Assembly: GCF_026210795.1 (NCBI RefSeq)
Contig: NC_089429.1
Span: 4,216,001-4,280,000 of the forward strand
Reading direction: 5' to 3'
DNA: 64,000 bases
Source: Rhizophagus irregularis
Lineage: Eukaryota
Every line of letters starts with the position of its first letter. Within the stretch, counting starts at the first letter, position 1. The position numbers were made by a program, and so were the translations under genes. Of this stretch, positions 52,171 to 64,000 are shown piece after piece. The notes under the pieces are model-generated. The model made no database searches. It had not been told where the DNA came from and was given only the letters and a program-made list of their open reading frames with translations.

Positions 52171-53571
52171 TCAAACTTTTCTATAAGATTGAATCCGAAA
52201 GCGACCAGGATATATTAATCCTGCTACTGGATAAAGCTTTGATGGTAAATTATTCCACGTAGATACTTCAGGATACCTTATACCATTGACTGTAAAAGCG
52301 CAAGTTCTTTTATTCATATCTAAATGAACAGTAATTCTCGTTCCTTCTCCAAACGGAAGACAATAACGAATTTCTTTACGAGAATTCCAACATAAACCAT
52401 TAGAACCTAGTACCCATCCAGTAGTTTGATACCCTGCAAAGGCTAGGCAATTAAAATTTTCTGGCGCACAAACTCCAATCCAAGCATATTCACACAATTT
52501 TTCAATAATAACATCCCATTCAAAAATACCTTGATTTTCTAATGTTAAGTTAGCTTTAACACATGTTTGGAGATTACAATTACTTTTCGCACTAACAAGT
52601 TTTCCATTTTCTTCAATAAAAAGGCTTGAATCACATGACTCATCCCAAGTGTAATTAGACTCATTAATGTGTACTCCTCGAATTCCGTTTAAATCTGTCT
52701 TGTGTGATCTTGCTTTTTGTCGATAAGCATCTAGTATTATTTTAGGCGAGACTATTTCTAATGGTTCAATAATATCAGTCAAAATGTTTCCTTTAATTTG
52801 ATTAAAATCAATGTATTTAACTAAAGGTTCCAATTCTTTAGTAATTTTTTGATTATCAGTAATAAATTTATTTTCTGTTTGGAATAAATTCTCCACCCGC
52901 TCCAATGTTGGTAACCGCTCCATAATAGTTATAAAAGCATCATTAGAAACTTGTTTTGCTGCTAAAATAGCACTATATCGAAAAACTTCGTATTCTGGAG
53001 TTACAAAGGGTTTTTCTTTTTCATGTGTATATGATAAAAGATATTGAAGTCCTGCAATAGATAATCGACTAAATTCAATAGTATTTAATGGAATAATTGC
53101 TACCATTTCAATCAATAAATCAAGAAGTGCATTATCTTCCGCTAATGGCATCATTCCCGCAATTTTAGATAATAATTCCGGAAAATAATTTTCTGTTTCG
53201 AAAGTATTATTAACAATTTTTACAATATATTTTTGAAGATCTGTTATTTGAAGATAATCTGCAGCGTAAAACACTTCAATTATATTATCTTCTGTTAAAG
53301 TTCTTTCTTCAATTGATCCCGTATAAATAAATTCTAATACAATCTCCATTCCAGAAGAGCTAATTTTTGGAAAAGAAATTCGATTTTCATAGGTTTCTTT
53401 CATCCCATTATAAAGTAATTTGTCAAACATTTCAGACCTCGCGGCCAAAATTGCTCTACAACCATATAGTTTCTTTTCATCTTCGCATAAAATTTCTATA
53501 TCACTATACTTTGGGTTATTTATTAAAAATCTTAAATCTTGTTCTAATGGACATCCACAACCTCTCGTCAT
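52171..53571 (-). CDS. BTB/POZ-SPRY protein, copy 7
   Basis: Likely ATG at 53571 (MTRGCGCPLEQDL), matching paralog starts; intronless. Confidence 0.9.
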   Translation of the reverse strand: MTRGCGCPLEQDLRFLINNPKYSDIEILCEDEKKLYGCRAILAARSEMFDKLLYNGMKETYENRISFPKISSSGMEIVLEFIYTGSIEERTLTEDNIIEVFYAADYLQITDLQKYIVKIVNNTFETENYFPELLSKIAGMMPLAEDNALLDLLIEMVAIIPLNTIEFSRLSIAGLQYLLSYTHEKEKPFVTPEYEVFRYSAILAAKQVSNDAFITIMERLPTLERVENLFQTENKFITDNQKITKELEPLVKYIDFNQIKGNILTDIIEPLEIVSPKIILDAYRQKARSHKTDLNGIRGVHINESNYTWDESCDSSLFIEENGKLVSAKSNCNLQTCVKANLTLENQGIFEWDVIIEKLCEYAWIGVCAPENFNCLAFAGYQTTGWVLGSNGLCWNSRKEIRYCLPFGEGTRITVHLDMNKRTCAFTVNGIRYPEVSTWNNLPSKLYPVAGLIYPGRFRIQSYRKV

Positions 53572-55844
53572 TTCTGGAGGAAAAAAAAAAAAGTTTTTTT
53601 TTATTGAAGATTCCAATTCGAGGAATCGGTATTTATATAGTACACTGTAGTACCGTATGTACGACGGCGATCTTTAATCAATATTCCCTGTATATCTTCC
53701 AACTTTTTTTGGCCAGGATCATAATAGAATAATAGAACCAAACATGCTTAATTTCGAAATTTCATTAATTAATAAATATTACACAGTATTTTGGTTATAA
53801 AATTTATTTCTATGGTAAGTTATAAGTTATATAAGTTATTTATTTAATTTTATTATATTTGTAATAAAATATTTACATATAATTTAAGCTAGCTAAATTC
53901 ATATTCATTTTAAGGTTGGCAATCGTTTCGTAAGAACATCAAATTTTAAATGCAAACTTGTTTTACAACTAGAGTAGAGGTTACGAAGTAGTATTAATAA
54001 AAAATTATACGAATCTGTAAAGATATGCCCTTTCTTCTAAAACAAACTATTCTGTCTTCATAAAACTTCGCAAATCATAACATGATCGACAGAATTTCAA
54101 CAATATATATTGCAAGAAAAAAAAATCGAGACTGCTTATCAATTATTTACTGTCTATATCTATAATACCACATCTACAGTACTAACATTTTCTTGATAAC
54201 AACCTGCCTTATTACTAAAAAAAAAAGTCAAAAAGAATTTTCACTTGCCAATCCGGAATTTTTAAACTCCCATTTTATCATAACAAATATGCGCTTATTC
54301 TATTTTCTTATGTTTCTTGCATATGTGTTATGCATTTTATGCCATATAAATAAGTTTTAATAATTTTATTGCATACTAATCAGCATATTTGACACGCTTA
54401 CAATGTAAACTAATAAATAGTTTACATGCAATTTTTTTTTTAGCTTATTCAGGTTTTTTTGCATATATGACGTGTTTTAAATAAGGTTTTGTTTTTGTGT
54501 ATCTATTATTAAACGCTAAATTTCACCCCCGATTTTTTTAATACTGTATGCCGATCTTGGATCAATGATTAATTAATTGTTAAGAGCGTTACATTTTTAA
54601 ACCAAGTAAAAAATAAAAATTTTCCAAAAGCAAAGATTTAAAATGAGAAAAAAAATTGAAAATAAATATCATTTAATACGTATAGCTACCATATAGGTCG
54701 GGATTATGTCTCATTGGGTTTTAAGTTTTCGGGATTTCGTAGTGGATGAGTGTAATGAAGCCAAATGAGTCTACATATTACAAACTTGGTATATTGATAC
54801 GGATATTTTAAGTGGGGGATACTCTCAAAGGGGGTATCTTAGGCAGTGCGGTACGGTAATTGGTGGAGAATAGGTAATGATCATCAGGCTATTATAATAG
54901 TACAATCTACAGTATAAAGAATCAGTGAAGAATCGGGTTTGTGATTCTCCACTGACATACCATCATTCGATCTGTGATATAGTTGTAATGGATATGCCTA
55001 TTTTGGAGATATTTCCAAGGAGAAATGACCCAAGAAAAGAAATGTGTGAAATGCTATTGGAAAGTACCATGAATAGGAGGTACCACCGCCGCTAGCACTA
55101 TGAATGACTATTGTAGGAAATGATGCCCAAGAATCGTCATATTTGATGGCTATTATAAATCAAATTTAAAATTTCACATCTTAAATCCTTCTAGTACTTT
55201 CAGGATGGTAAACCAAATATTTTGTTTTAGACCCGGGGTATTTTAGGCAGTGCGGTACGGTAATGCCTAGATTCTGGACAACATCGGTAAACTGATACTT
55301 TTGAAGGATCGAATTTCCGATTATATACCTAAATTAGAATATCAGCGATCTGAAATTCACATATACAGTATTTCCGATGCCACAACGATTTTACATTAAT
55401 TTTTATATGTACAGTATTTCATTATTATATATTGAGGTATTGAAATTTTGAATAGTTGTTTGTTGGAATCGAACCAACTGGAACAAAATGTTCCAAACCA
55501 TTAACAACATGTACTATGCTCCAAAGCTTCCATGCCAGTATATTTTGAAAAATCACTTTTCCTGAAAAATCAAAAGAGATGTTACTAAAAAATCTTTGAT
55601 CCTACATTCCCATCTTAAAGATGAGTAAAGTTTTGAAATCATAAACTTAACAGCAAGGATTGCACTAACGTACATTTTGTACCACCTTATAACTATAAAA
55701 AAGGCAAAAATTTTTTTAAGGTTACACATTAATTTGACCAGAATTAAGATAATTTCGCCCAGCAAAATTTCTTAGCTATCAGTACTATAGTTGTATCAGT
55801 AATTGTTTTTAAAATTTCGTATTCCGAAATTACGTTACGTAAAT

Positions 55845-56058
55845 ATAATTACGGATTACTTAATTAGTTACGGATTACTTAATTAATTACGGGTTACTTA
55901 ATTAATTACGGGTCACTTAATTAATTACGGGTCACTTAATTAATTACGGGTCACTTAATTAATTACGGGTCACTTAATTAATTACGGGTCACTTAATTAA
56001 TTACGGGTTACTTAATTAATTACGGGTTACTTAATTAATTACGGGTTAATTAATTACG
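55845..56058. repeat. 19-bp minisatellite, about 11 copies
   Basis: (TTAATTAATTACGGGTYAC)n in the hAT subterminal region. Confidence 0.95.
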
Positions 56059-56295
56059 AGGTATTGATTATAAAGTAATAAAAGTATTCAAAACATTTTT
56101 TTAATTTTTATAAATAATTAAAATGTTCATAAAATATTTACACCTGTATAACTATATATTTATTAATTATTACTTAAAAAAGTTATAATATTATGATAAA
56201 TACTGTAAAATTCATAGTTATAACAAAATTATATTAAACTGAACTTTATTTTTTATTAAAGAAAAAATCATTTATGATATTACAAAAATACTAAT

Positions 56296-58870
56296 TTAAT
56301 TTTGATCAAATTCTTCTTGTAATAATGCATTTATATCAAAATCCTTTTCTCCATGATCAACTGGTTGTTTTCAATACGTACTTCTACAACTTGTACTTCA
56401 AGAAGTTGACGTAACTCTTCAGATGCCAAATTTAAGTATTCATCAATTCCATTATTATTATTATTTATATCGTTTTCATCTTCAACTTCACTTACATCTG
56501 AATCCTCATCTCCAAATTCTTCTTCTACTTCAATAGTATCATCATCAGCAAGATGTTCAGATAAATTTTTTTCAATTTCCTCATAAAATTTTTCTTCTTG
56601 CAAATCTTGGTATACATATTTTAATTCTGCTTTTGCATTGGTAATATAATAGGCATGTAATTTTGCCATATTTTGTATACGATCAATTCCTAATCTTTAA
56701 AATTATTAAATTATTAATTATTAGTTATATGGAATTTATATAATTCAAAATTATGATTTGCTACCTGGTTCTTCGTTTATTCATCATCCATCCTAATACT
56801 GAAAAAATTCGTTCACAACCAGCATTATGCGGCCTTATTGAAAAAATTTTAAAAGCTAAATCTTGAATGTAATTTTTTTCATCATTTTCTTCATATGTCA
56901 TACTCCACCAACTTTGAACTGTATATATTTCATCAATAAATTGATGATCATATGGAGCTTTTCTATTTCTGTAATTTGAAAACTGACCGATCAAAATCTG
57001 ACTAAAATTTTTTCCTCCACCCATTTTGAGCCATATTTCTCGAATGCCATATTCAATTACTTTGCGAAAAGTGCTTGTTTTCATTCCTTCACTTTAATAT
57101 AAATAAAATATAAATAGTTAAAAAAAGTAGATTAGTTTATTATTAAACCATTTTTTAAAAAAAATCAATTCATTAAAAAAAAAAAATTTAATTGCCACGA
57201 TATTTTGGATGTAATATAAATGCAAGCACATATAATTCAATATCAAATTGCTTCCAACGCTTATTAAAAATTTCAATGCATTCTTTATGAAATGATACTT
57301 GACGTGTTTCAGGTAAATCTTTAATAGCAGCATAAAGCTTAATTATTTCAATAAAACAATCGGCCAAGGTGGTAGATTTGAATTCAAGACATTTTAATGC
57401 TTTTTTAATTGGTTCAATAATTGATACCAATTCTTCTAAATCAACATAAAAATGCCGATTAGAAATAATTTTTTTAATATCATTGTTTAACGTATCAGCA
57501 TCTTGTACTGCAATCTGTTCATTATAATACATTAAAATTAGTAATAATTAATAAATAATAAAAATAAATAAATTAATTTATTTGATAAAGTAAAATTAGT
57601 ACTTAATACTTACATTTTTTAAAATGGTTTCACAAGATAAAATAGAATTTGCACAATCAAACGCTGTAGACTAGCGTGTTTTCACATATGATTTCAACCC
57701 TCCGCCTTTTACCATATTTTCCAATATTTCTGTACGCAAAGTCTCTCCAGCTTTGTGAGAAGTTTTAAAGAATCTGACAATCTTCATGCATTTTTTTAAA
57801 AGATCTTCTGCGAAAGGCAATTTACATATATCAGTGGTAATTAAATTAATTTGATGATCAATGCAACGAATTGGCATTATATTTTCATATTTTTCATTAA
57901 CGAGCTTTTTTGCTTTAACCATAGAAGATGCATTGTCAAATACAACCGCAGAAAATTTCCCTGCGCCCACTGATTCAATTACTTCAATTATTTTTTTGGC
58001 AATATATTGGCTGGTATGCGATTCTTTAGAAAGATTTTGAATTGAATGAATAAATTCTTTTCCGCTTTTAGTGAAAATGATGAATGCGTAGAATGATTGT
58101 CCTACTGGTGACGTCCAACTATCTAACCCTTTATTATTATATAAAATTAAATATTAAATATTAAGTAATTTTTTTAATATTATTTAAATAATAATTTATA
58201 TATTAAATATAAATACCCAACGTCAAACAAGTTTCATTTTCAAGTATCCCATTGATTTTTATTTGGATATGTGATATTTCCAAATTAAGCATATCTGCAG
58301 ACAATTGTTGCCGTAAAGGAAGTGAATATGTCGGGCATAATATCTTAATAAAATCTACGAAGAATGGATGTTGTACTAAATGAAATGGTATTCCACAACA
58401 AACAAATAATTTTATAAGAGCCTGATTGGCCATTTGTACTTTTGAATTAGCTATTTTAAGTGAATCATAATGTTCGTCAATTCGTTGTTGATTATCATGA
58501 TTGCTCTTTATTTTTTTTTTGAGGATCTTTCATTATCATTGATTGAATCATTTGAATGACCCAAATTTCCTCGATTTCGAATAATGTTCATGTATTTTTC
58601 TTTGATTTGATAATCAACTTTAATACACCGAAGACCAATATGAGTCTCAAGTTCATCCGTTTTTGCATTAGCCTTCTTTTCCCAACCACATACTTTACAC
58701 TTAGCACCACAATGACCTTGAACTCGTGCGCCAATTTCTATAAAAAAGGTCCAAACATCATTTTTCGGTCTTCCTGGCTTCCTCTTTTTAGATATCTCTG
58801 CATCATTTGTATCATCTTTATCATCAGTATTTGGCGCTAAAAGTTCTGCTGCTGCTTGTTCAGCTGTCAT
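56296..58870 (-). pseudogene. BED-finger hAT transposase, inactivated
   Basis: BED (VWTFF..CKVC..LETH...C), LDSWT, DNAS, CIDH..NL, KTR* (TAG at 57671 where W is expected), PHNAGCERIFS dimerisation motif; frameshift in the A-run near 58515; four short introns. Confidence 0.85.
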
Positions 58871-59144
58871 TTTACCTTTTAAAATGTTTTAAACGGTTAT
58901 TCACAAAATTTATTCTTTGTATTCTTTGTTCATGAAATATGTATTTATGGTAAGACGAATTTTTATTGGTGTTAATAAATTTCTTAATTTAGATATTAAT
59001 ATTTAACACCATTTTCTAGTGTAATCAGGTGATTATCGATCAATTATAAAAAAAAACCACACGAAAACAACCGAAACAATACCAAAACTTATTAAAATAA
59101 ATAAGAAATAATCTTATACAATAATAATTAAGTTTTATTTAATT

Positions 59145-60290
59145 TAAGTACCCTTTATTTGCTCAAATATCCTGAAATACCGATCGCTTACAAAAAAAGA
59201 AAACCAAAATAATTGGTAATTATTTCATTAGCCGGATAATACCGATGCTTTGATATTTTATTCACAAACGCTCAATTCAGTTTGCGATTGGTCAAAACAG
59301 GATGGTTCAATACAATACATTGATGTTTTCTAAAAAGTCGGAATGATGGGATGGGAAGATTATTTGAAATTGTTGACAGCTTTATAAAGGAAGGAGCGAA
59401 GTTTGGAAAAGAAATAATAATTCAAATTAAGTCCAAGGATCTATACCGGTAGTGAAAGTATTCTATAATTTATCAAATATATTGATCTCAAATAAATGAA
59501 TATTTAATTTGGATCTCAGTTATAATATCTTGAAAATCCCTTACCCATCCAAATATCGCGAATACCAGTTGTCTACAAAAAACATGAAATAATTAGTAAT
59601 TATTTCGTTAATAAAGAAATGAATCAAAAAAAATGAACCTTACTTACTCAAATATCCCGAATACCGATCGTCTATAAAGATGAAAAAAAAGAAACAATTA
59701 GTATTAAATTGTTTCGTTAAAGAATATTCAAAGAAATCCCCTCATCAATTACCATGAAATCAAGTATCCCGAAGTACCGATTGCCTACAAAAAAAAATAA
59801 AATAAAATAAACGAAACAATTAGTAATCGTTTTGTTAACAAAAGAAATATAAATTATTTTTAAAAAAAAACCCTCACCTAGTCAAGTATCCCGAAATATT
59901 GATCGTCTACAAAAAAGAAAATAAATGAAACAATTAATAATCATTTCGTTAACAAAGAATTCTTTAAAAAGAACTCACATCCATTCAAATATCCTTGCCC
60001 AAAGACTCGAAAATTCAGCCGTCTAAAAAAGAAATATCAGAACTTAGTAAATGTTCTGTTAAAATAAACAACTAAGGTAAAATAATAAATACCCTTACCA
60101 AAATTTCCACGCGCCTGTTCAGACCATCTAAAAAATGGAGGAAACGAATGTTAGTGTTCTTCGCTAAAAGAAACAAATTAAATTAAAAAAAAAATACTTA
60201 CAAAGGAGTTTGAAGAAATCAACTAAAAGAAAAATGAAACGTTTTATTAACGTTTCGTTAAAAATTATAAAAAATTCAAAGTTTTACCTT
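59145..60290 (-). repeat. Tandem intron/micro-exon array upstream of the hAT transposase
   Basis: Minus-strand introns at about 59573-59643, 59672-59752, 59785-59877, 59907-59978, 60023-60098, 60128-60201 and 60222-60287; exon consensus ACGATCGGTATTTCGGGATAYTTGA; a decayed unit near 59150-59230. Confidence 0.7.
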
Positions 60291-60834
60291 CGAAAACCTA
60301 TATAACCGGCCTGAAACTTGTATAACAAAATTTTTGAAATTTAAAACAGGTTCCGGGCTTGATAATATTGAAAGCTGTGACAATGGAGATTCGGAAATTT
60401 GTTGATAGGAAGCATTTATAGCAAAATCAGTTGATTTTCAGACGCAGTATTGTGGTTATCAGTGCTTCCGATTATCGATCTTGTAGTATCATGCAAGTTG
60501 ACTATCGGTTTACCTGTGTGAGTAAAACTACTATGCAAAATTCGTAATTAATTACATATTATAATCAAGTATTTTCCCGAAAAAAAAATCCGAATTTTTT
60601 GGAATTCTACACTTCTGAAGATAAAAAATTCGCTACTGAGAATTACCCTTTTAGGCTGATCTGTGGCTCGTACTTAAACTATCATAATCATGTGTTTTTC
60701 AGAAAGAATATTCCGAAGGTTTACCCTTATATTAACTATATCTGGTATATTATCATAGTTTACTTCTGGACGCTATTTTTAAATTTCAAACGGAAAGAAA
60801 AAAATATATTTTCAGCATTAATTTCATATAAACT

Positions 60835-61390
60835 AGAGTTTATGAGCAATTATAATGTGTGTACTTGGTTTCTGATATTTTTCGTGGACTTATAACTTGT
60901 GTATGACCTTTTATTTTAATTTATTTGATCTTAAAACAGGCCTTTTTATGGGCAATATTATGGTCTTTCGCGTTTAATGAGCAATTATAATTCATGTATA
61001 ACGGCCTTTTATTTTGATTTTTTAATGGGTAATTTTATTCATATTCTTATTTGATTTTAATACTTTTTCATGGACAATTTTAAATTTATGCGTTAGTGAT
61101 GGTTTTTCCATTTGATCTCTAATATTTTTCGTAGGAATTTTTAATTATGGTGATGGTCTGATCTCTAATGGGCAATTATAATTCATATATAGTGGTCTTC
61201 CTATTTGATCTTTAATATTTTTATGAGTAATTTTGATTTATGTATTGTGGCTTTCATATTTTGATCTTTAATACCTCACTTTCGTGAATTTAATTTATGT
61301 ATGATGGTCTTATTATTATTTGATCTTTAATATTTTTTTTGTGGGCGTGCGATAGTCTTTTCATTTAATTATTCACAGATTTTTAATTTA
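60835..61390. repeat. Degenerate ~60-bp tandem repeat inside the MULE
   Basis: Recurrent ATGGGCAATTATAATT..GTAT..GGTCTT..ATTTGATCTTTAATA motifs. Confidence 0.55.
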
Positions 61391-61645
61391 TATGTAATAG
61401 ATGCAATTTTTTTTGGAAAATATCATCTATTATATAAAAATATGAACAATTTAATATTTTACGTAGTTGAAAATAAAATGTTTATTTTGTATCAATAATA
61501 TCAAAATATACTATTCACCAACCTGATACATATATTATTTATAGTCTAAATTTTTATATTTTTCCTTTCTTTCCAATTCTTTATTAATCCAATTTTTAAT
61601 CGCTGTTAATGTTTTATCACATTTAGGTATATCAATATTATTGTA

Positions 61646-62935
61646 CAGTCACGTCCGAAAGTGACGCCCGATTTAAAATTAATGCCAAAAATGGCAAAAC
61701 TTTATTGATTTTCATTAAAATTCACATAAAAAATAATTACTAAAAATGGTTAATAATGTGTTGGCCCTCCCCTTGCTTCTAGTACTGCATTTATTCTTTG
61801 TGGCATTGAAGCAACAACCTCTTCAAAAATGGAGCAATCCAAATTTTCCCATTCTTCACTTAGTGCAACTTTAAGTTCATCCACAGTTCTTGGAAAGACT
61901 TTACAACTCTGGATATTGTCCTTTAACTGCTTCCAGATGTTTTCTATTGGATTTAGATCGGGAGAATTTGCCGGCCAATCAATAACCACAATTTTATTCT
62001 TCTTCAACCAATCCTTGGTTATTTTCGCGGTATGTATGGGTGCATTATCCTGTTGAAAAATTGCAGCCCTTCCTGTTAACTCATGAACTGTATGCTGAAA
62101 TGGATACAGATATGAATTTAGGATTCTAATGTAAGTATTTGAATTGATTTTTTCATTTCCTTCTTTATTTTCATCACAAAAAATTAATGGCCCTTTTATC
62201 CCTCCTGCAAAACATCCCCAAACCATGACTGATTTTCGACCACTTTTAAAGATAGATGTCAAGCATTCAGGTGTTAAACCTTTTCCCCTGTGTGTCTCCA
62301 AACTCTTATTTGTCGTGACTGCTTACCAATCTCAACACTTGATTCATCTGAGAAAATAACTTGTGCCCAATCATAAGCTGTTTTTTCTTTATATTTCTCA
62401 CACCAACTAATACGAGCTAATGCATGCTTTTCTGAGATAAAGGGTTTTTTTGCAGCAACATGGGAATAAATTCCAACACTATGTAATGCTCTTTTAGCAG
62501 TTGTAAGGCTGCAATTTAAATCTAATGTATTAATGACTTCATGTAAAGGTTCGCGTCGATCTTGTGTAACTTTGTTTATGAGTGCATTTTTCTCATTATT
62601 ATTGAGAGCAGGTGGACGCCCCGATCTAGGTAAATTTTCAGTTTTTCCTGTCTTCTTGTATCTGTCAATAATTCTTCTTATTGTGGTGGGGTCACGACCC
62701 ATTTTTCTTGCTATTTGTGCAGGGTTAAAATTCTCCATATATGCTAGTATTTTTCCTTTATCTTGAGAAGTTAACTCAGTTCTATGTGACATTATTTTTT
62801 TAACTTTGCAACGCGTTTATTAGGTTATGAAATTGTGAGAAAAACATTTAAAAATAAAAAAAGGGGGTATAAATAATGTAAATTTTGTGTATCGTAACAC
62901 TGTACAAAATCGGGCGTCACTTTCGGACCCGACTG
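61646..62935 (-). mobile_element. Tc1/mariner (DD34E) transposon, full length, 1290 bp
   Basis: TIR CAGTCACGTCCGAAAGTGACGCCCGATTT / AAATCGGGCGTCACTTTCGGACCCGACTG; TA TSD. Confidence 0.95.
61750..62792 (-). pseudogene. Tc1 transposase with one frameshift
   Basis: HTH-GRP N-terminus, VIFSDES, FQQDNAPIH, WPANSPDLNPIEN (34 residues between D and E); frame break near 62280. Confidence 0.9.
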
Positions 62936-64000
62936 TACATACGAGATACTATTGATTGATTAAAACTAATATCATCAAGTGAAATATCCCTTATTTCTTG
63001 AGCTATCCTATATTGACTTGGAACATCAAGGGTTTTCCTATAATCTAAAATTATTCTAAATTCTTTATCTTTGATTCTTTGCTTGTAAAAACTCGTGTTC
63101 TTTTAGGTTTCCATTGTTCATTTAATTTATTTAAGCTTTATTTGATTTATAAACAATGGATAAAATCGTTAAATTTGTTATTTTAACATGCTTCAAAATA
63201 TTAAAAAAGTTAATTTGTCATTTCATTTCGTCATACCTCCCTAAAATTCCCAAAATATCATTATCTTTTCTCACGATCTATCTTTTGAGCGATTAAATTA
63301 TCAAATTACTTGCATTAATAATAGTTTAACAAAAAAAATTCAATTGAAAAGAAAATTATTATTTTTTAATCGTTCTCTTATTACATATAATATCAGATTC
63401 TTATAAAATAACTGACAGTGATCTGCATCTTTCTCGTTATTATATAATATGCAGTATTTTTTATTGTCTAACACGTTATAGTTAAAAAGATAATTTTAGG
63501 GGTAAATTTTTTGAAGTGTAGAATTCTGAAGAATTCGGAATATTCTTTCGGAAAAACACATGATTATGGTTTAAGCACAAGCCACAGATCAGCCTAAAAG
63601 GGTAATTCTCGGTGGCGAATTTTTTTATCTTCGGAAGTGTAGAATTCCGAAAAATTCAGATTTTTTTTTCGGGAAAATACTTGATTATTTACATATTTCC
63701 GTAATTATTTACGCATTTCCGTAATTAATTACGTATTTCGTAAAATTGGACGAATATTCCGAAATATTTACAGCAATTAAGAAATACGTAATTCCTTATT
63801 ACGAAATTAATTTCGGCTACTATAATCGCCTATGCTAATTAAGTGATAATTTCAAATCTTATTCGTTACCATTGGTAACAGTTTTTTTGTCACGTGATAA
63901 TTTCGAATGGACTTGATTTTTAGCTGACTCACGTAGAAATTTCTTCTCCTTATTGTGTTGCTTTATTTCACTACTAACGATTTTCTTATGAGCCTCAAGT

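Larger units (their letters stand above)
60561..63688. mobile_element. Non-autonomous MULE-type element with ~155-bp TIRs
   Basis: 60561-60717 is the reverse complement of 63533-63688; 9-bp TSD TTACATATT (60552-60560, 63689-63697). Confidence 0.9.
55788..63822 (-). mobile_element. hAT transposon (~8 kb including nested insertions)
   Basis: TAGT...ACTA ends; TAATTACG repeats at left and inverted CGTAATTA repeats at right; hAT transposase inside. TIRs are diverged and no 8-bp TSD was seen, so exact ends are uncertain. Confidence 0.65.

Noticed and set aside
55845..56058. Telomere or interstitial telomeric repeat (contains GGGTTA)
   Set aside because: The hexamer is not tandem; it is part of a 19-bp unit whose motif recurs inverted at the other end of the hAT.
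62270..62300. Programmed -1 frameshift in the Tc1 transposase (GGGGAAAAG)
   Set aside because: Not an in-frame X-XXY-YYZ heptamer, and Tc1 transposases are normally one ORF; a 1-nt deletion or assembly error is simpler.
1..64000. Prokaryotic operons, rRNA or tRNA genes
   Set aside because: Spliceosomal introns and eukaryotic TEs throughout; no rRNA or tRNA-like sequence recognised.

Overview
Very AT-rich eukaryotic DNA with short GT-AG introns. The gene families (intronless BTB/POZ-SPRY and F-box/LRR paralogs, LtrA, O-fucosyltransferase) and TE load suggest an arbuscular mycorrhizal fungus (Glomeromycotina, Rhizophagus-like); this is inference. Layout: 1-14.3 kb is nested DNA transposons, including a decayed CMC/Plavaka-like transposase with BAH-like domains, a hAT remnant and several MITEs. 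14.7-27 kb holds host genes: a hotdog thioesterase, two tandem LtrA paralogs and a frameshifted O-fucosyltransferase. 27.8-53.6 kb is a cluster of ubiquitin-ligase substrate receptors: 2 F-box/LRR genes, plus 5 intact and 2 broken BTB-SPRY genes with hypervariable SPRY loops. 55.8-63.8 kb is a hAT element containing a MULE that contains a Tc1. The most unusual signal is tandem arrays of ~105-nt micro-exon plus intron units inside or beside transposons (about 15 introns at 9.6-11.4 kb, 7 or more at 59.5-60.3 kb, smaller sets at 5.1-8.8 kb). In the part I spliced by hand the product is non-coding, and many introns fold the branch point into a hairpin with compensatory changes. All calls were made by eye, without database searches.
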